39,058 nt of DNA from the IMG/VR virus record IMGVR_UViG_3300012208_000002. One strand, 5' to 3'. The notes beneath the pieces are model-generated. The model was not told the DNA's origin. It saw only the letters and a list, made by a program, of their open reading frames with translations, and ran no database searches. Source of the stretch: a virus. Taxonomy: Duplodnaviria; Heunggongvirae; Uroviricota; Caudoviricetes. Position 1 is the first letter of the stretch; each line of letters opens with the position of its first letter. A program made the position numbers and the translations under genes. This document shows, one piece after another, positions 1-8,055 of the stretch.

Positions 1-144
1 CGGTCGTGCTAGGATAAAATCGTCTCCCCGTCGAACAATAACCTTACCCCTTCGTAGGATATCGACTTCGGGACCGTCGTCTGTGGGGTCCACAAAAACT
101 AACGGCTGTTGGTGTCCTGCTCGTACATTTATCTCTGGCTTCAT
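1..144 (-). CDS. hypothetical protein, runs off window edge (MKPEINVRAGHQQPLVF...)
   Basis: ATG at 144 with AGGAGA RBS, open to the edge. Confidence 0.55.
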   Translation of the reverse strand, partial: MKPEINVRAGHQQPLVFVDPTDDGPEVDILRRGKVIVRRGDDFILARP

Positions 145-151
145 AAGTCTC

Positions 152-406
152 CTAAGATTTTAGTTCCGTTTCGATGACATAATAATCTGTACCTGTGTAA
201 TCCATGTTCATTTCCAAATCGAATTCGTTAATTCCACGGTCCTCCGTAGACTGATATCGCCAGTTTTCACCTTGCAATTCTTTAGCTCGGAGCGTTGCTT
301 TGCTGGCTAGTTCTTCGGCCTTCTCTTTCGAGCGGAACGCACAAACTACCCATTCACTTCTGTCGCTGTATTCTCCTGTACTTCCTTCAACGATATAGAT
401 TTTCAT
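152..406 (-). CDS. small phage hypothetical protein (MKIYIVEGSTGEYSD..., 84 aa)
   Basis: ORF track, start trimmed to ATG 406 which overlaps the upstream stop (ATGA). Confidence 0.7.
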   Translation of the reverse strand: MKIYIVEGSTGEYSDRSEWVVCAFRSKEKAEELASKATLRAKELQGENWRYQSTEDRGINEFDLEMNMDYTGTDYYVIETELKS

Positions 407-588
407 TTGCTTTCCTTTAGCGACCCCGTCCAATCGCAGGGGTAGCCAGAATGCGCTCGCTGAGACTCTCGGGACACGTTCCAATCCATGCACATTAACG
501 GAGCGCCGTCCTCCCTCTCTGCATGCCCGTAGTATCCTGCGGGGTCGGGCATTAAATTAGTGCTTCCACAAACTCTGCACGTATTCAT
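403..588 (-). CDS. small Cys-containing hypothetical protein (MNTCRVCGS...)
   Basis: ORF with ATGA overlaps at both ends. Confidence 0.6.
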   Translation of the reverse strand: MNTCRVCGSTNLMPDPAGYYGHAEREDGAPLMCMDWNVSRESQRAHSGYPCDWTGSLKESK

Positions 589-815
589 TTCTTCTCCAGT
601 AAGTACGGGTAGCAGAGCGAGCAAAATGGCGCTCGGTCTGGGTGTGATGCGGTCACAGGGATATAGTTCCCGTGCTCACACTTGCCGCCTGACGGAGTTA
701 ATCCGTCACCTGATAGCATTACGATATCAGTACGCGGGCGTACATCGGCAGTAGTCCTCCCGACTTCCTTGACATCATCGAACGTAAACACGGTGAAATT
801 CTTTTCGGTCTTCAT
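585..815 (-). CDS. hypothetical protein with C-x-H...C-x2-C motif
   Basis: ORF track, AAGGA RBS, 4-nt overlaps. Confidence 0.65.
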   Translation of the reverse strand: MKTEKNFTVFTFDDVKEVGRTTADVRPRTDIVMLSGDGLTPSGGKCEHGNYIPVTASHPDRAPFCSLCYPYLLEKK

Positions 816-1378
816 TCTATTTGTCCTTTCGGTTTGTCGTCCTTTTCAATTGTCTTCTTGAACAACTGCTTTGCGGCTTGATGATAAATCACTATGCCCT
901 CGGGCTTCATGAATCCTGGTGCCGCTATGCTTCCAGAATCTCGAAGTGACAGTAATGCGTTCACTATATAGACATTCTCAAACATGCCCTCGTACAGAAC
1001 TGGTACAACGTGGCAGCATGCGGGACGTACGCCTAACGCATCGCTCCATCGGAACGTATTAAACAATGAGAAGCGCTTCTCATTCAACCCGTATTTGCGT
1101 TGAATGCCGTTGCCCCACCACTCTCCGTAGTGATGACCAGGACCTAGCTGCATTAGTTCATCTTTGTGCAGATGCGCCCACTTTGCGAATCCATAGTTAT
1201 CATCTGTCGGAGTAATCCAGCGTGTCCGGCTTCCAACGAGAAATTCGCCGCCATCGCCGATATAGATGCTGGCATTCGTGCCGTCAATTTTCTCAGTCAC
1301 GGTACAGTCTCGACTGAGCCGGGCTATCTTCGGCATAGCTGCGAATACTGGAAAAGATAGAAATGAATTATCGCTCAT
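812..1378 (-). CDS. RNA ligase-like nucleotidyltransferase (Rnl2-type adenylation domain)
   Basis: motifs TEKIDGTN (KxDG), YGEWWG, EGIVI, FKK; start at MSDNS after GGGGGG RBS. Confidence 0.8.
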   Translation of the reverse strand: MSDNSFLSFPVFAAMPKIARLSRDCTVTEKIDGTNASIYIGDGGEFLVGSRTRWITPTDDNYGFAKWAHLHKDELMQLGPGHHYGEWWGNGIQRKYGLNEKRFSLFNTFRWSDALGVRPACCHVVPVLYEGMFENVYIVNALLSLRDSGSIAAPGFMKPEGIVIYHQAAKQLFKKTIEKDDKPKGQIE

Positions 1379-1432
1379 TATTTTCCCCCCTTTGGAAAAT
1401 ATCCACAATTGCATATCGTTTCATAATTCCTC

Positions 1433-1777
1433 CTAGTGTGAAAATAAAATCCCGTCGATACTGTAAATCGCTGACCCGCACTTTAACAGATGCTTAGTCG
1501 TGTCTGCTTGCTTACGCTCTACTACCGTGCATTGAAAGATTGATGTTGTCGGATTCTCGCCTTCCAGCCTAGTCACCTGCATTTGAGCAGGCAATACGGG
1601 CTGAAGCACTACAGTGCCACCGTTGCCTGAGACTAGCTTGAAGACAAATTCAGTACCGCTTGCCCTGGCGGACGAGCAAGCACGCATGCCGATGATTAAA
1701 AGCAAGACTGAAACTGCAAGAATAATCCGTCTCTCTAATTTTGTAGACGGTGTGTTAGGGTCGGAAAATGGCGACAT
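1433..1777 (-). CDS. hypothetical membrane-anchored/lipoprotein-like protein
   Basis: hydrophobic segment IILAVSVLLLIIGMRAC. Confidence 0.6.
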   Translation of the reverse strand: MSPFSDPNTPSTKLERRIILAVSVLLLIIGMRACSSARASGTEFVFKLVSGNGGTVVLQPVLPAQMQVTRLEGENPTTSIFQCTVVERKQADTTKHLLKCGSAIYSIDGILFSH

Positions 1778-2156
1778 CGGTCTCTCCGTATGTTCTAAGT
1801 GCTAGTTGTCTGACTCGCCTGACCTTGAACATTTCTTCCGCCATGTCCCAAGCTTCCCTCTCGGAATTTATTATCGCTTCTGGGAACGGTGGATTAAACG
1901 GCACAACGGTCTCACTTGAGCCCATTCGAGGGTCGGCGATATTGCATGGTAGCTCGCACAGAGCCCCTAAAACGTGTCCTAGCTCATGCGCTGTGTACGC
2001 GGCTATTAAGTGAGAGTCCACGGGTAAACCGATGCGCCCTATGTCATTTCTAATTTCTATTCTGCACTTCGACATATTGATATTTCCTATATACGCCGCC
2101 GTAATTCCAGCGTATTCTGTATCGATGTCGATTTCGATTGTGAGTTTCTTTTTCAT
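1755..2156 (-). CDS. HExxH zinc metallopeptidase-like protein
   Basis: AYTAHELGHVLG and downstream EREAW. Confidence 0.6.
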   Translation of the reverse strand: MKKKLTIEIDIDTEYAGITAAYIGNINMSKCRIEIRNDIGRIGLPVDSHLIAAYTAHELGHVLGALCELPCNIADPRMGSSETVVPFNPPFPEAIINSEREAWDMAEEMFKVRRVRQLALRTYGETDVAIFRP

Positions 2157-2323
2157 TGCTCAGCCTCAATCAGTTTGATTTGCGCTTCTAGCTTGTCAAT
2201 CGCTTCGTATACTACCAGTTCCTGAGCCCACTGTCCGAAGCGCTGCGCCTTCTTGCGGTCGAGCATCAAATCGAGAATCTTCAAGTTAATCTTTTCGATG
2301 CGCTCTTTTTGTTCGGCAATCAT
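2153..2323 (-). CDS. small coiled-coil hypothetical protein (MIAEQKERIEK..., 56 aa)
   Basis: read manually; GAGGA RBS, ATGA overlaps with both neighbours. Confidence 0.6.
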   Translation of the reverse strand: MIAEQKERIEKINLKILDLMLDRKKAQRFGQWAQELVVYEAIDKLEAQIKLIEAEQ

Positions 2324-2490
2324 ACATCCTCTTGAAAGAAAATCGTCCCGAGATAGTAGTATTTATCAGTCGTAATCGTCACAGAAATAATAGTGTTGCC
2401 CTGCTTAAGCAGCAACTCCAGAATACCCTCAATCCGGTCCACAAGAGAACCGTAGCTCTCATCCCGAAAGATTTCTGACTTGACTTTCAT
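2320..2490 (-). CDS. hypothetical protein (MKVKSEIFRDE...)
   Basis: 3' part of ORF 2320-2697; AGGAGG RBS before ATG 2490. Confidence 0.6.
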   Translation of the reverse strand: MKVKSEIFRDESYGSLVDRIEGILELLLKQGNTIISVTITTDKYYYLGTIFFQEDV

Positions 2491-2498
2491 TTTGCCTC

Positions 2499-2612
2499 CT
2501 AATTTGCCATTCCCATCGCCATGTGATATAACTGACATACCATTATGCCTAGAACAAAACAAGCAAAAAGTAATACCGCGATTCGAAATTCTAATTGGTT
2601 GTCGCCCATCAT
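2499..2612 (-). CDS. 37-aa membrane peptide (MMGDNQLEFRIAVLLFACFVLGIMV...)
   Basis: read manually; AGGAGG RBS; hydrophobic core. Confidence 0.55.
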   Translation of the reverse strand: MMGDNQLEFRIAVLLFACFVLGIMVCQLYHMAMGMAN

Positions 2613-2863
2613 ATCCTCCTAAGATTTGCCCGCCGCTTATCTTCGACCGATGCGCCGGACACGGTACAGACTTCGGCCCTTCGCAGAGCGTATCCATTGC
2701 ACTCTTAGACGCTAGACACGGGTCTTTAACCCTTTCGGTATCGAGTGTTCCCGTCCGCTCAGGGTTTCAAGCCTCCTACGTCGCCGGGGTTTCAGCCCTG
2801 GCACCGCTAGCCTACTAGTCGGTGACTTCGGCGTTCTTAATCGTAGTCAAAGCGGCTCGATTC

Positions 2864-2892
2864 ATAGTCTCAAATTCCCAATCCGTTGTCAA
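2864..2892 (-). promoter_or_regulatory. sigma70-type promoter TTGACA-N17-GACTAT
   Basis: exact -35, 17-nt spacer ending TGA; same class as 8358, 10234, 10421. Confidence 0.6.
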
Positions 2893-2899
2893 TCAAATT

Positions 2900-3115
2900 C
2901 TAATATGATTTGTCGCGGCCTCGGTCATTCAAGTCTTTGTCGAGAGCAATCTGATTGAGCAGCGCGTCGTATGCCGCAAGCAAATGGTCAACGTACTCCA
3001 TATTGCAGACGAACAGCTTTCCAGCGCGGAGATTACGAATCTCTTTGATGGCCTGCTCTTGTGTCAAGATAACCTGCTCTTTCGGTGCCTGCTGCCCTGC
3101 TTGTGTTTGTCTCAT
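2900..3115 (-). CDS. hypothetical protein
   Basis: ORF track, GAGGAGG RBS. Confidence 0.6.
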   Translation of the reverse strand: MRQTQAGQQAPKEQVILTQEQAIKEIRNLRAGKLFVCNMEYVDHLLAAYDALLNQIALDKDLNDRGRDKSY

Positions 3116-3582
3116 AGTTCCTCCTCATCCGTGTAAAATCCCAGGTCGATTGCGACTAGGGTTCCGTCCGCGTCCTGCCTAAAGTTAGCGTAAAACAAAT
3201 CTTGTACTCCGATTGACTGCAAAGAATCCATCAAATTTTGAAACTTTCCTTCGTCACTCGCCTTGACCTCGCCAGGGTAATATTTGGTTACGATGATACC
3301 TGTCTCAGCATTTCCGTAGAACAATGGAAGAACGTGCTTGTGATACTTTTCTAGCCTGGGACTCTGATGTATCTTTTGTATGGCCCTGATTTCATTTACC
3401 GTTTGCAGGTACTTGCCCTCATACTCTCTGCCTATCTTCACTACGAGCGACTGACCGAGTCGATAAACTTGTCGATTCCCACCGTGCGCGATGTATACGG
3501 GATTGAGACCTAGCGCCTGCATCTGCTCAAGGGACGACGGGTGATTCTGTTCGAACAGATTGACTATCTCACGGTCTGTCAT
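3112..3582 (-). CDS. minimal protein kinase-like protein
   Basis: HGGNRQVY Gly loop, VVKIG, NEI, DLFYANF catalytic-loop-like, AIDLG (DFG-like). Confidence 0.7.
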   Translation of the reverse strand: MTDREIVNLFEQNHPSSLEQMQALGLNPVYIAHGGNRQVYRLGQSLVVKIGREYEGKYLQTVNEIRAIQKIHQSPRLEKYHKHVLPLFYGNAETGIIVTKYYPGEVKASDEGKFQNLMDSLQSIGVQDLFYANFRQDADGTLVAIDLGFYTDEEEL

Positions 3583-3839
3583 GAGCGACCCCTCAAGGAA
3601 TCGACGTAATTTTTAGCAGCCAAGAGACTAGACCCGGTCCTTTCCCTGTGAAGCTTGATCGCATCGATAATACGGCCTGCCGATATTAACGTGCTAAGAG
3701 AAAAGTCCAGTGTTCTTATACCGTCCTCGGCGATGAACTTCTGAAACATGTCCATCAATTTATCCAGGTCAAGCCTTGATTCGACGGACACCAACAGTTG
3801 ATTTGCTTCGTAATCATACGTTACTAGTTTGATTTTCAT
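3579..3839 (-). CDS. protein with ribosomal bL12 (L7/L12) C-terminal-like motif
   Basis: IIDAIKLHRERTGSSLLAAKNYVD resembles the bL12 KIxxIKxxRxxTGLxLxEAKxxV helix pair. Confidence 0.5.
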   Translation of the reverse strand: MKIKLVTYDYEANQLLVSVESRLDLDKLMDMFQKFIAEDGIRTLDFSLSTLISAGRIIDAIKLHRERTGSSLLAAKNYVDSLRGRS

Positions 3840-3858
3840 AGTCTCTCCTAAGCAAGTT

Positions 3859-3901
3859 GCTCAAGGATAGGGTCAGATTGAGCCTGACCCCTACCTTGAG
3901 C
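3859..3901 (-). other. long imperfect intergenic hairpin (about 17 bp)
   Basis: GCTCAAGG-A-TAGGGTCAG / CTGACCCCTACCTTGAGC; no U-tract on the coding strand. Confidence 0.6.
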
Positions 3902-3904
3902 AGC

Positions 3905-4732
3905 TTACGACTTCAGGTCAGCCATCTTTTGCGCGAGTGCCCACAGTTCGCGGTTCAATCGCGTGTTCTGGTCGATACCCTTGACTTCACGGGTACGATT
4001 ACGGCGTGAAGCAATGTAGTTGCCTTCGCCGTCAGTGCTAGCAGGAGCGATATACCGGAGTCCACCGCGTACGGCGTTCTCTTGCACACGGTTGAATACG
4101 GACCAAAGGTCACTGGAGGCATCCGCAGTACGGTGCGTAATCAGAAGCTTGTCCGCAGTGATAGGCGCAACGTCTTCGAATCGCAGAGCCAGAGCGCTCT
4201 CGGCGAGGACGTTCTGCTCTGCTGGAGATAGCAGAATCTGCTTCCAGGTCTTGATTGCATCCACTACGACGGGTGCCATCTGAATCAGCTTGGTGGTGGA
4301 CTCCACGATGCGCTGAATGATGTTCCCTGAGTGACGGACCTTGATGCTTTCTGCGAGCCCCTCGGAAACCATCATGCCGTTTAAGCACGCCAGACGGAAC
4401 GCCCCAAGCGAAATTTCGTAGCAGGATGTGCCGTCGTGTGAATTAACCAGGACAGCTTCCACGGCGGTATCGCCCACCTGAGTCAGTTGCTGGTCCTGTG
4501 AACGGAAGCGAAGACTGTGCTTGGTGAACAGTTCCTTTCCTGCAATACGCGAGAGGGACTGTGAAACTGATACAGGAAAGAAGCCAGCGTCACGCATGCC
4601 ATCGATAACTTCCACGGTGGGGACGAATGCGTAGCGGTCAGAACGCGAAAGGTGCGGTTGACCTGCGAAGACTGACGGTGCAATCTTTTGAATCTGCTCA
4701 TTACTCAGTGGTTCGTTTGTTCGGTTTCGCAT
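3905..4732 (-). CDS. DUF932 family protein
   Basis: APSVFA...SRSDRYAFVPT, LVNSHDGTS, GAFRLACLNGM, LWSVFNRVQEN, NRELWALA are typical of this family. Confidence 0.85.
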   Translation of the reverse strand: MRNRTNEPLSNEQIQKIAPSVFAGQPHLSRSDRYAFVPTVEVIDGMRDAGFFPVSVSQSLSRIAGKELFTKHSLRFRSQDQQLTQVGDTAVEAVLVNSHDGTSCYEISLGAFRLACLNGMMVSEGLAESIKVRHSGNIIQRIVESTTKLIQMAPVVVDAIKTWKQILLSPAEQNVLAESALALRFEDVAPITADKLLITHRTADASSDLWSVFNRVQENAVRGGLRYIAPASTDGEGNYIASRRNRTREVKGIDQNTRLNRELWALAQKMADLKS

Positions 4733-4770
4733 GTTATCTCCTATGCCCGTAGGCTAGATTTGATGTATAC

Positions 4771-4813
4771 ATCTTCTCATGGAATCGAATTAACGTCAAT
4801 GGTACTTTAGTAC
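4771..4813 (-). promoter_or_regulatory. promoter TTGACG-N17-GAAGAT with upstream GTACTAAAGTAC box
   Basis: box 4802-4813, -35 at 4794-4799; weak -10. Confidence 0.45.
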
Positions 4814-5094
4814 TAGTCCTTCGGGATGTCAAAATACGTGTCGTCGTCCATATGTTCGAAGCTATCCTCATTGATAAGGTAAGCAATCTTCTTATGGATG
4901 CGAATCTCTGCCAGTCCTGACAGGTACGCTCGGGGCTGTGGACCGTCCTTCTTGAAGATGGTTTCCAGTGGAACGTAGCACTTGACTTGTTCGACTTGGA
5001 AACATGTATTCGATGTGTGCACGGTCCATACTGTGGACTCTCCACGTTGCATATTGATGCGGTTGAAATGCATCTTGAACTTTCGCAGTTTCAT
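4813..5094 (-). CDS. hypothetical protein
   Basis: ORF track, GAGGA RBS. Confidence 0.65.
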   Translation of the reverse strand: MKLRKFKMHFNRINMQRGESTVWTVHTSNTCFQVEQVKCYVPLETIFKKDGPQPRAYLSGLAEIRIHKKIAYLINEDSFEHMDDDTYFDIPKD

Positions 5095-5095
5095 G

Positions 5096-5413
5096 TTAGT
5101 CCTCGTACTGCTTCGAAATTACGTTCGCCGGACCCATCAGGTACTCCAGGTTGACGCTGTAGTCACTAATAACGTCCCAACCATCATTCCCGTATATGAA
5201 TTGAACCCAACCTGCGGTTGCGCCCTGTGTGTGCAAAGTCAAGTGGTCTTCGTCACCCTGGAACATTGCGGCGAGCACGGCCTTAGTGCTGCCCAAGTAA
5301 TTAGACGGACCGTCACCATAGTCCACTGTGATTGCGTATTCGTCCTTGATTGCTGCCTTGACGAATGCTTTGGCAATCTTGCATTCGACTTCCTGTCTCA
5401 TTTTAACGCTCAT
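5096..5413 (-). CDS. hypothetical protein
   Basis: ORF track, GGGAGGA RBS. Confidence 0.7.
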   Translation of the reverse strand: MSVKMRQEVECKIAKAFVKAAIKDEYAITVDYGDGPSNYLGSTKAVLAAMFQGDEDHLTLHTQGATAGWVQFIYGNDGWDVISDYSVNLEYLMGPANVISKQYED

Positions 5414-5482
5414 AAAATCCTCCCATGCCGTCGAGTAAACTGATTGCTGCTATCCATGCAATGAAGATGATTAGTACAAACA

Positions 5483-5677
5483 TTAGGACACCCGCGCTAG
5501 TTGGTCGCGTGTCTCCGCCGTATCAAAGGAAACCTGGAGCCCGGACTCTACGGCTTGATCGTACAAATCCTTCCGGGAGAAACTCGTTCCGGGGAACGGG
5601 GCATCCCCGATAAAATCGTAACCGTTAGATGTAATCGCAATGACACCGTTTGCCGTGAAATGCAAATCATAATTCAT
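5483..5677 (-). CDS. hypothetical protein
   Basis: ORF track, co-oriented. Confidence 0.55.
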   Translation of the reverse strand: MNYDLHFTANGVIAITSNGYDFIGDAPFPGTSFSRKDLYDQAVESGLQVSFDTAETRDQLARVS

Positions 5678-5704
5678 TGTACACCGCCTTAGTTGGATTT
5701 GATT

Positions 5705-5926
5705 CTAAACTTCCTCGCCTGCTGGATTAAACACCCGCAAGGGGCGTGGAAATGTTCCCTGGTGGCGTGTGGAGAAACGTCCTACTTCACACGTAAAGCC
5801 GTCCGAGAATGTGTAGCGTGTGCCGTACCATCCTCCGAATCCCCACGCATTATTGGTATTGACCTTTGTGCTCATGACAGGTTCACCGTGAACCAGCTTG
5901 ACTGCCTTGAATGACGGACGCTTCAT
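5705..5926 (-). CDS. hypothetical protein (MKRPSFKAVK...)
   Basis: start trimmed to ATG overlapping the upstream TAA. Confidence 0.55.
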   Translation of the reverse strand: MKRPSFKAVKLVHGEPVMSTKVNTNNAWGFGGWYGTRYTFSDGFTCEVGRFSTRHQGTFPRPLRVFNPAGEEV

Positions 5927-6123
5927 TAGGACACCTTCGCAATCTTGCCCGCTACCATCACAACTGTAGCGAACCACTTGCGCTCCGTTGGGCTCGGTCC
6001 CACAACATTGAACTTGCCGTCTGCCTTGTACTCAGGACCAAAGAAGCTGGTTTCCTCGTAACGCAGTTCCTGACCGACTGCCGCTTTCAGGTCCTTCTTT
6101 GATTTGTAATAGGCTCCCATCAT
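5926..6123 (-). CDS. hypothetical protein (MMGAYYKSKKDLK...)
   Basis: GTGAGGA RBS, promoter immediately upstream. Confidence 0.7.
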   Translation of the reverse strand: MMGAYYKSKKDLKAAVGQELRYEETSFFGPEYKADGKFNVVGPSPTERKWFATVVMVAGKIAKVS

Positions 6124-6148
6124 TGTCGTATCCTCACTTTCTGGTATC

Positions 6149-6191
6149 AGTTTACCGGATACTCGAAAGAAACGCAATAGTACTTTAGTAC
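6149..6191 (-). promoter_or_regulatory. promoter TTGCGT-N17-TAAACT with upstream GTACTAAAGTAC box
   Basis: box 6180-6191, -35 6172-6177, -10 6149-6154. Confidence 0.7.
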
Positions 6192-6385
6192 TACTCTGTG
6201 TCGAGATACTCCACGGTTGACCCGTCATAAAATTCCTGGATAGCTTCTTGCCAGAATGATATTGTGTCTTCATCGATTGGTTGACCGTGCTTGAATTCAA
6301 TCGTGATCTCTTCATAGCCTGGGAAGATGCCTGCGTTGGGCTCGCCGGGCCAGGATGCGACAAATACAAGTTTGGTTGTGTTCAC
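6191..6385 (-). CDS. hypothetical acidic protein
   Basis: ORF track, ATGA overlap. Confidence 0.6.
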   Translation of the reverse strand: MNTTKLVFVASWPGEPNAGIFPGYEEITIEFKHGQPIDEDTISFWQEAIQEFYDGSTVEYLDTE

Positions 6386-6663
6386 GGTTTCACACTCTCG
6401 TATGACTTCCTAGTGAGATATCCCAGGTTCGCGGGCTCGGGATTCAACGCCTGCCATGCCTCAGCATCAGTCAGGATGATATCGGTGTCAAGGTTCAGAT
6501 AGGCGTGATTGCCAGTCGAGGGCTGATAGCAATACAGCAGACGTATGCCTGACCGAGTTTTAAATTCTGTCTCGGTGCCGTCGCATGCAGGGAACCAGTT
6601 GCCTTGCTCGGCCTTCTTGCGTGCCTGGATTAATCGACCTTGAACACTGAATTGGTTATTCAT
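6382..6663 (-). CDS. hypothetical protein
   Basis: ORF track, AGGAGA RBS. Confidence 0.7.
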   Translation of the reverse strand: MNNQFSVQGRLIQARKKAEQGNWFPACDGTETEFKTRSGIRLLYCYQPSTGNHAYLNLDTDIILTDAEAWQALNPEPANLGYLTRKSYESVKP

Positions 6664-6763
6664 CGTGGTCTCCTATTAGCAACTCCCATCAGACACATAA
6701 ATATTGTGAAAACTACCCAAACAACAAAGACGCCGATATTCTCATGCATAAATGGATTATGCA

Positions 6764-6994
6764 TTATCGCACCTCTCCAATCACGGGCTCACCTGCGTGC
6801 GTTCGACCAAAACAGTTCCCACCAGGACACGGCTTGTTGTGATCGTGTCCGCAGTCAACATACAGACCATTGATGACCCAGGCTTGATTATCGTAATCGA
6901 AACCATTCTTGACTTGAGGTTGAGGGAATGTAGCGCGAACCTCTTCGCCCATCGCTGCATTGCGCTGATATCGGAACGTCTCATTGGGGTTCAT
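6764..6994 (-). CDS. hypothetical protein with C-x-H...C-x4-C...H motif
   Basis: ORF track, GTGAGGA RBS. Confidence 0.7.
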   Translation of the reverse strand: MNPNETFRYQRNAAMGEEVRATFPQPQVKNGFDYDNQAWVINGLYVDCGHDHNKPCPGGNCFGRTHAGEPVIGEVR

Positions 6995-7015
6995 ATGTCC
7001 TCACTTTCTATTGCA

Positions 7016-7058
7016 AGTATACTTGACAGCCTTAACTGCGTCAATAGTACTTTAGTAC
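7016..7058 (-). promoter_or_regulatory. strong promoter TTGACG-N17-TATACT with upstream GTACTAAAGTAC box
   Basis: box 7047-7058, -35 7039-7044, -10 7016-7021. Confidence 0.8.
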
Positions 7059-7063
7059 CTATT

Positions 7064-7252
7064 TTAGACTTCCACGCTGCTGAGCCGACGGGATTCTACC
7101 CAGTTGTTTCCGTTGCCGTCGCAGGGTGTGACTTGGAAGTCTACACGACCGAATACCTGACGTGCGTCGATAATCTCGATATGCACCTGCATATTATCGA
7201 TATTGAGGAAGCCCTTCTTTCCGATGTTGGCTGCTAGTTCTTTGACTGTCAT
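7064..7252 (-). CDS. hypothetical protein (MTVKELAANIGK...)
   Basis: GGAGG RBS, ATGA overlap. Confidence 0.65.
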   Translation of the reverse strand: MTVKELAANIGKKGFLNIDNMQVHIEIIDARQVFGRVDFQVTPCDGNGNNWVESRRLSSVEV

Positions 7253-7776
7253 TTGCCCTCCAGTTTGTCTAGTCTTGCCCATAGTTCATTGACCTGTGAT
7301 TGGGTAATTATTACCTGCTCAGGCTCGGCCAGTGTAATCTTGAATATGTTTCGGACCCTTGACCTGGGTCCGCTGATCTGTCCCTTGTCATGCACGACGC
7401 CGTCTATCAGCGCTAGCGCGTGTCCCGTGGCGATAATGAGATAGCGTCCGACGTTGTACTTCCTGATGGTGTCTTGCAGGGTCGGATACTTCTGGCTTAT
7501 GGTGTAACCGTATAGCGCGTGAATAATTGGGGTAGATGTGACTATCTCTTGATAGTTTGCGATGCTGGAGTCATTACAGAGATTAACCAGCGCTCGCTTG
7601 ACCTGTGGAAGCTTGGTGCCTTTCCTGTCTCGCCTGCCCTCGACTGCTAAGAAGGTGTGTGCCTTCCGATAAGTTATGCCAGTCGAGAGTGCCAGGGCTC
7701 GGACGGCACAGTCATTGTACTCGTTCAAGAAGCCTTCCTGGGCCATGCCGCCATCGGTGATTTGAGTCTTAATCAT
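7249..7776 (-). CDS. conserved phage hypothetical protein (NDCAVRALA ... GHALAL motifs)
   Basis: 3' part of ORF 7249-8001; start trimmed to ATG overlapping upstream TAA. Confidence 0.7.
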   Translation of the reverse strand: MIKTQITDGGMAQEGFLNEYNDCAVRALALSTGITYRKAHTFLAVEGRRDRKGTKLPQVKRALVNLCNDSSIANYQEIVTSTPIIHALYGYTISQKYPTLQDTIRKYNVGRYLIIATGHALALIDGVVHDKGQISGPRSRVRNIFKITLAEPEQVIITQSQVNELWARLDKLEGK

Positions 7777-7991
7777 TACAGCCTCCCTGACGTGACAGCG
7801 AGGTACAGCGCTTGGTTCTTCCGGTGGCACTTGACTGCGTAGTTCGCCATCCTCTCGATAAGCGACTCTGTGACGTTGGGATTCCTGCGAGCCCTGCGCC
7901 GAATGTCCTTCTTTACGTCTTCGTCGCTGACCGATACATGCAATCGGTTGACTAACCATTCGATGCTCGCCTTCGGTATGGCTGCGCTCAT
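7776..7991 (-). CDS. hypothetical basic protein
   Basis: GTGAGGA RBS after promoter. Confidence 0.7.
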   Translation of the reverse strand: MSAAIPKASIEWLVNRLHVSVSDEDVKKDIRRRARRNPNVTESLIERMANYAVKCHRKNQALYLAVTSGRL

Positions 7992-8012
7992 ATGTCCTCA
8001 CTTTCTGGTATC

Positions 8013-8055
8013 AGTGTAACTGAAGAGCGTATGAGTGTCTATAGTACGTTAGTAC
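8013..8055 (-). promoter_or_regulatory. promoter TAGACA-N17-TACACT with upstream GTACTAACGTAC box
   Basis: box 8044-8055, -35 8036-8041, -10 8013-8018. Confidence 0.7.

Noticed and set aside
2320-2697. 125-aa version of the ORF
   Set aside because: Two internal AGGAGG RBSs define separate genes at 2612 and 2490.
7249-8001. 250-aa version of the ORF
   Set aside because: The N-terminal 75 codons overlap ORF 7776-7991, which has the RBS and promoter; start moved to 7776.
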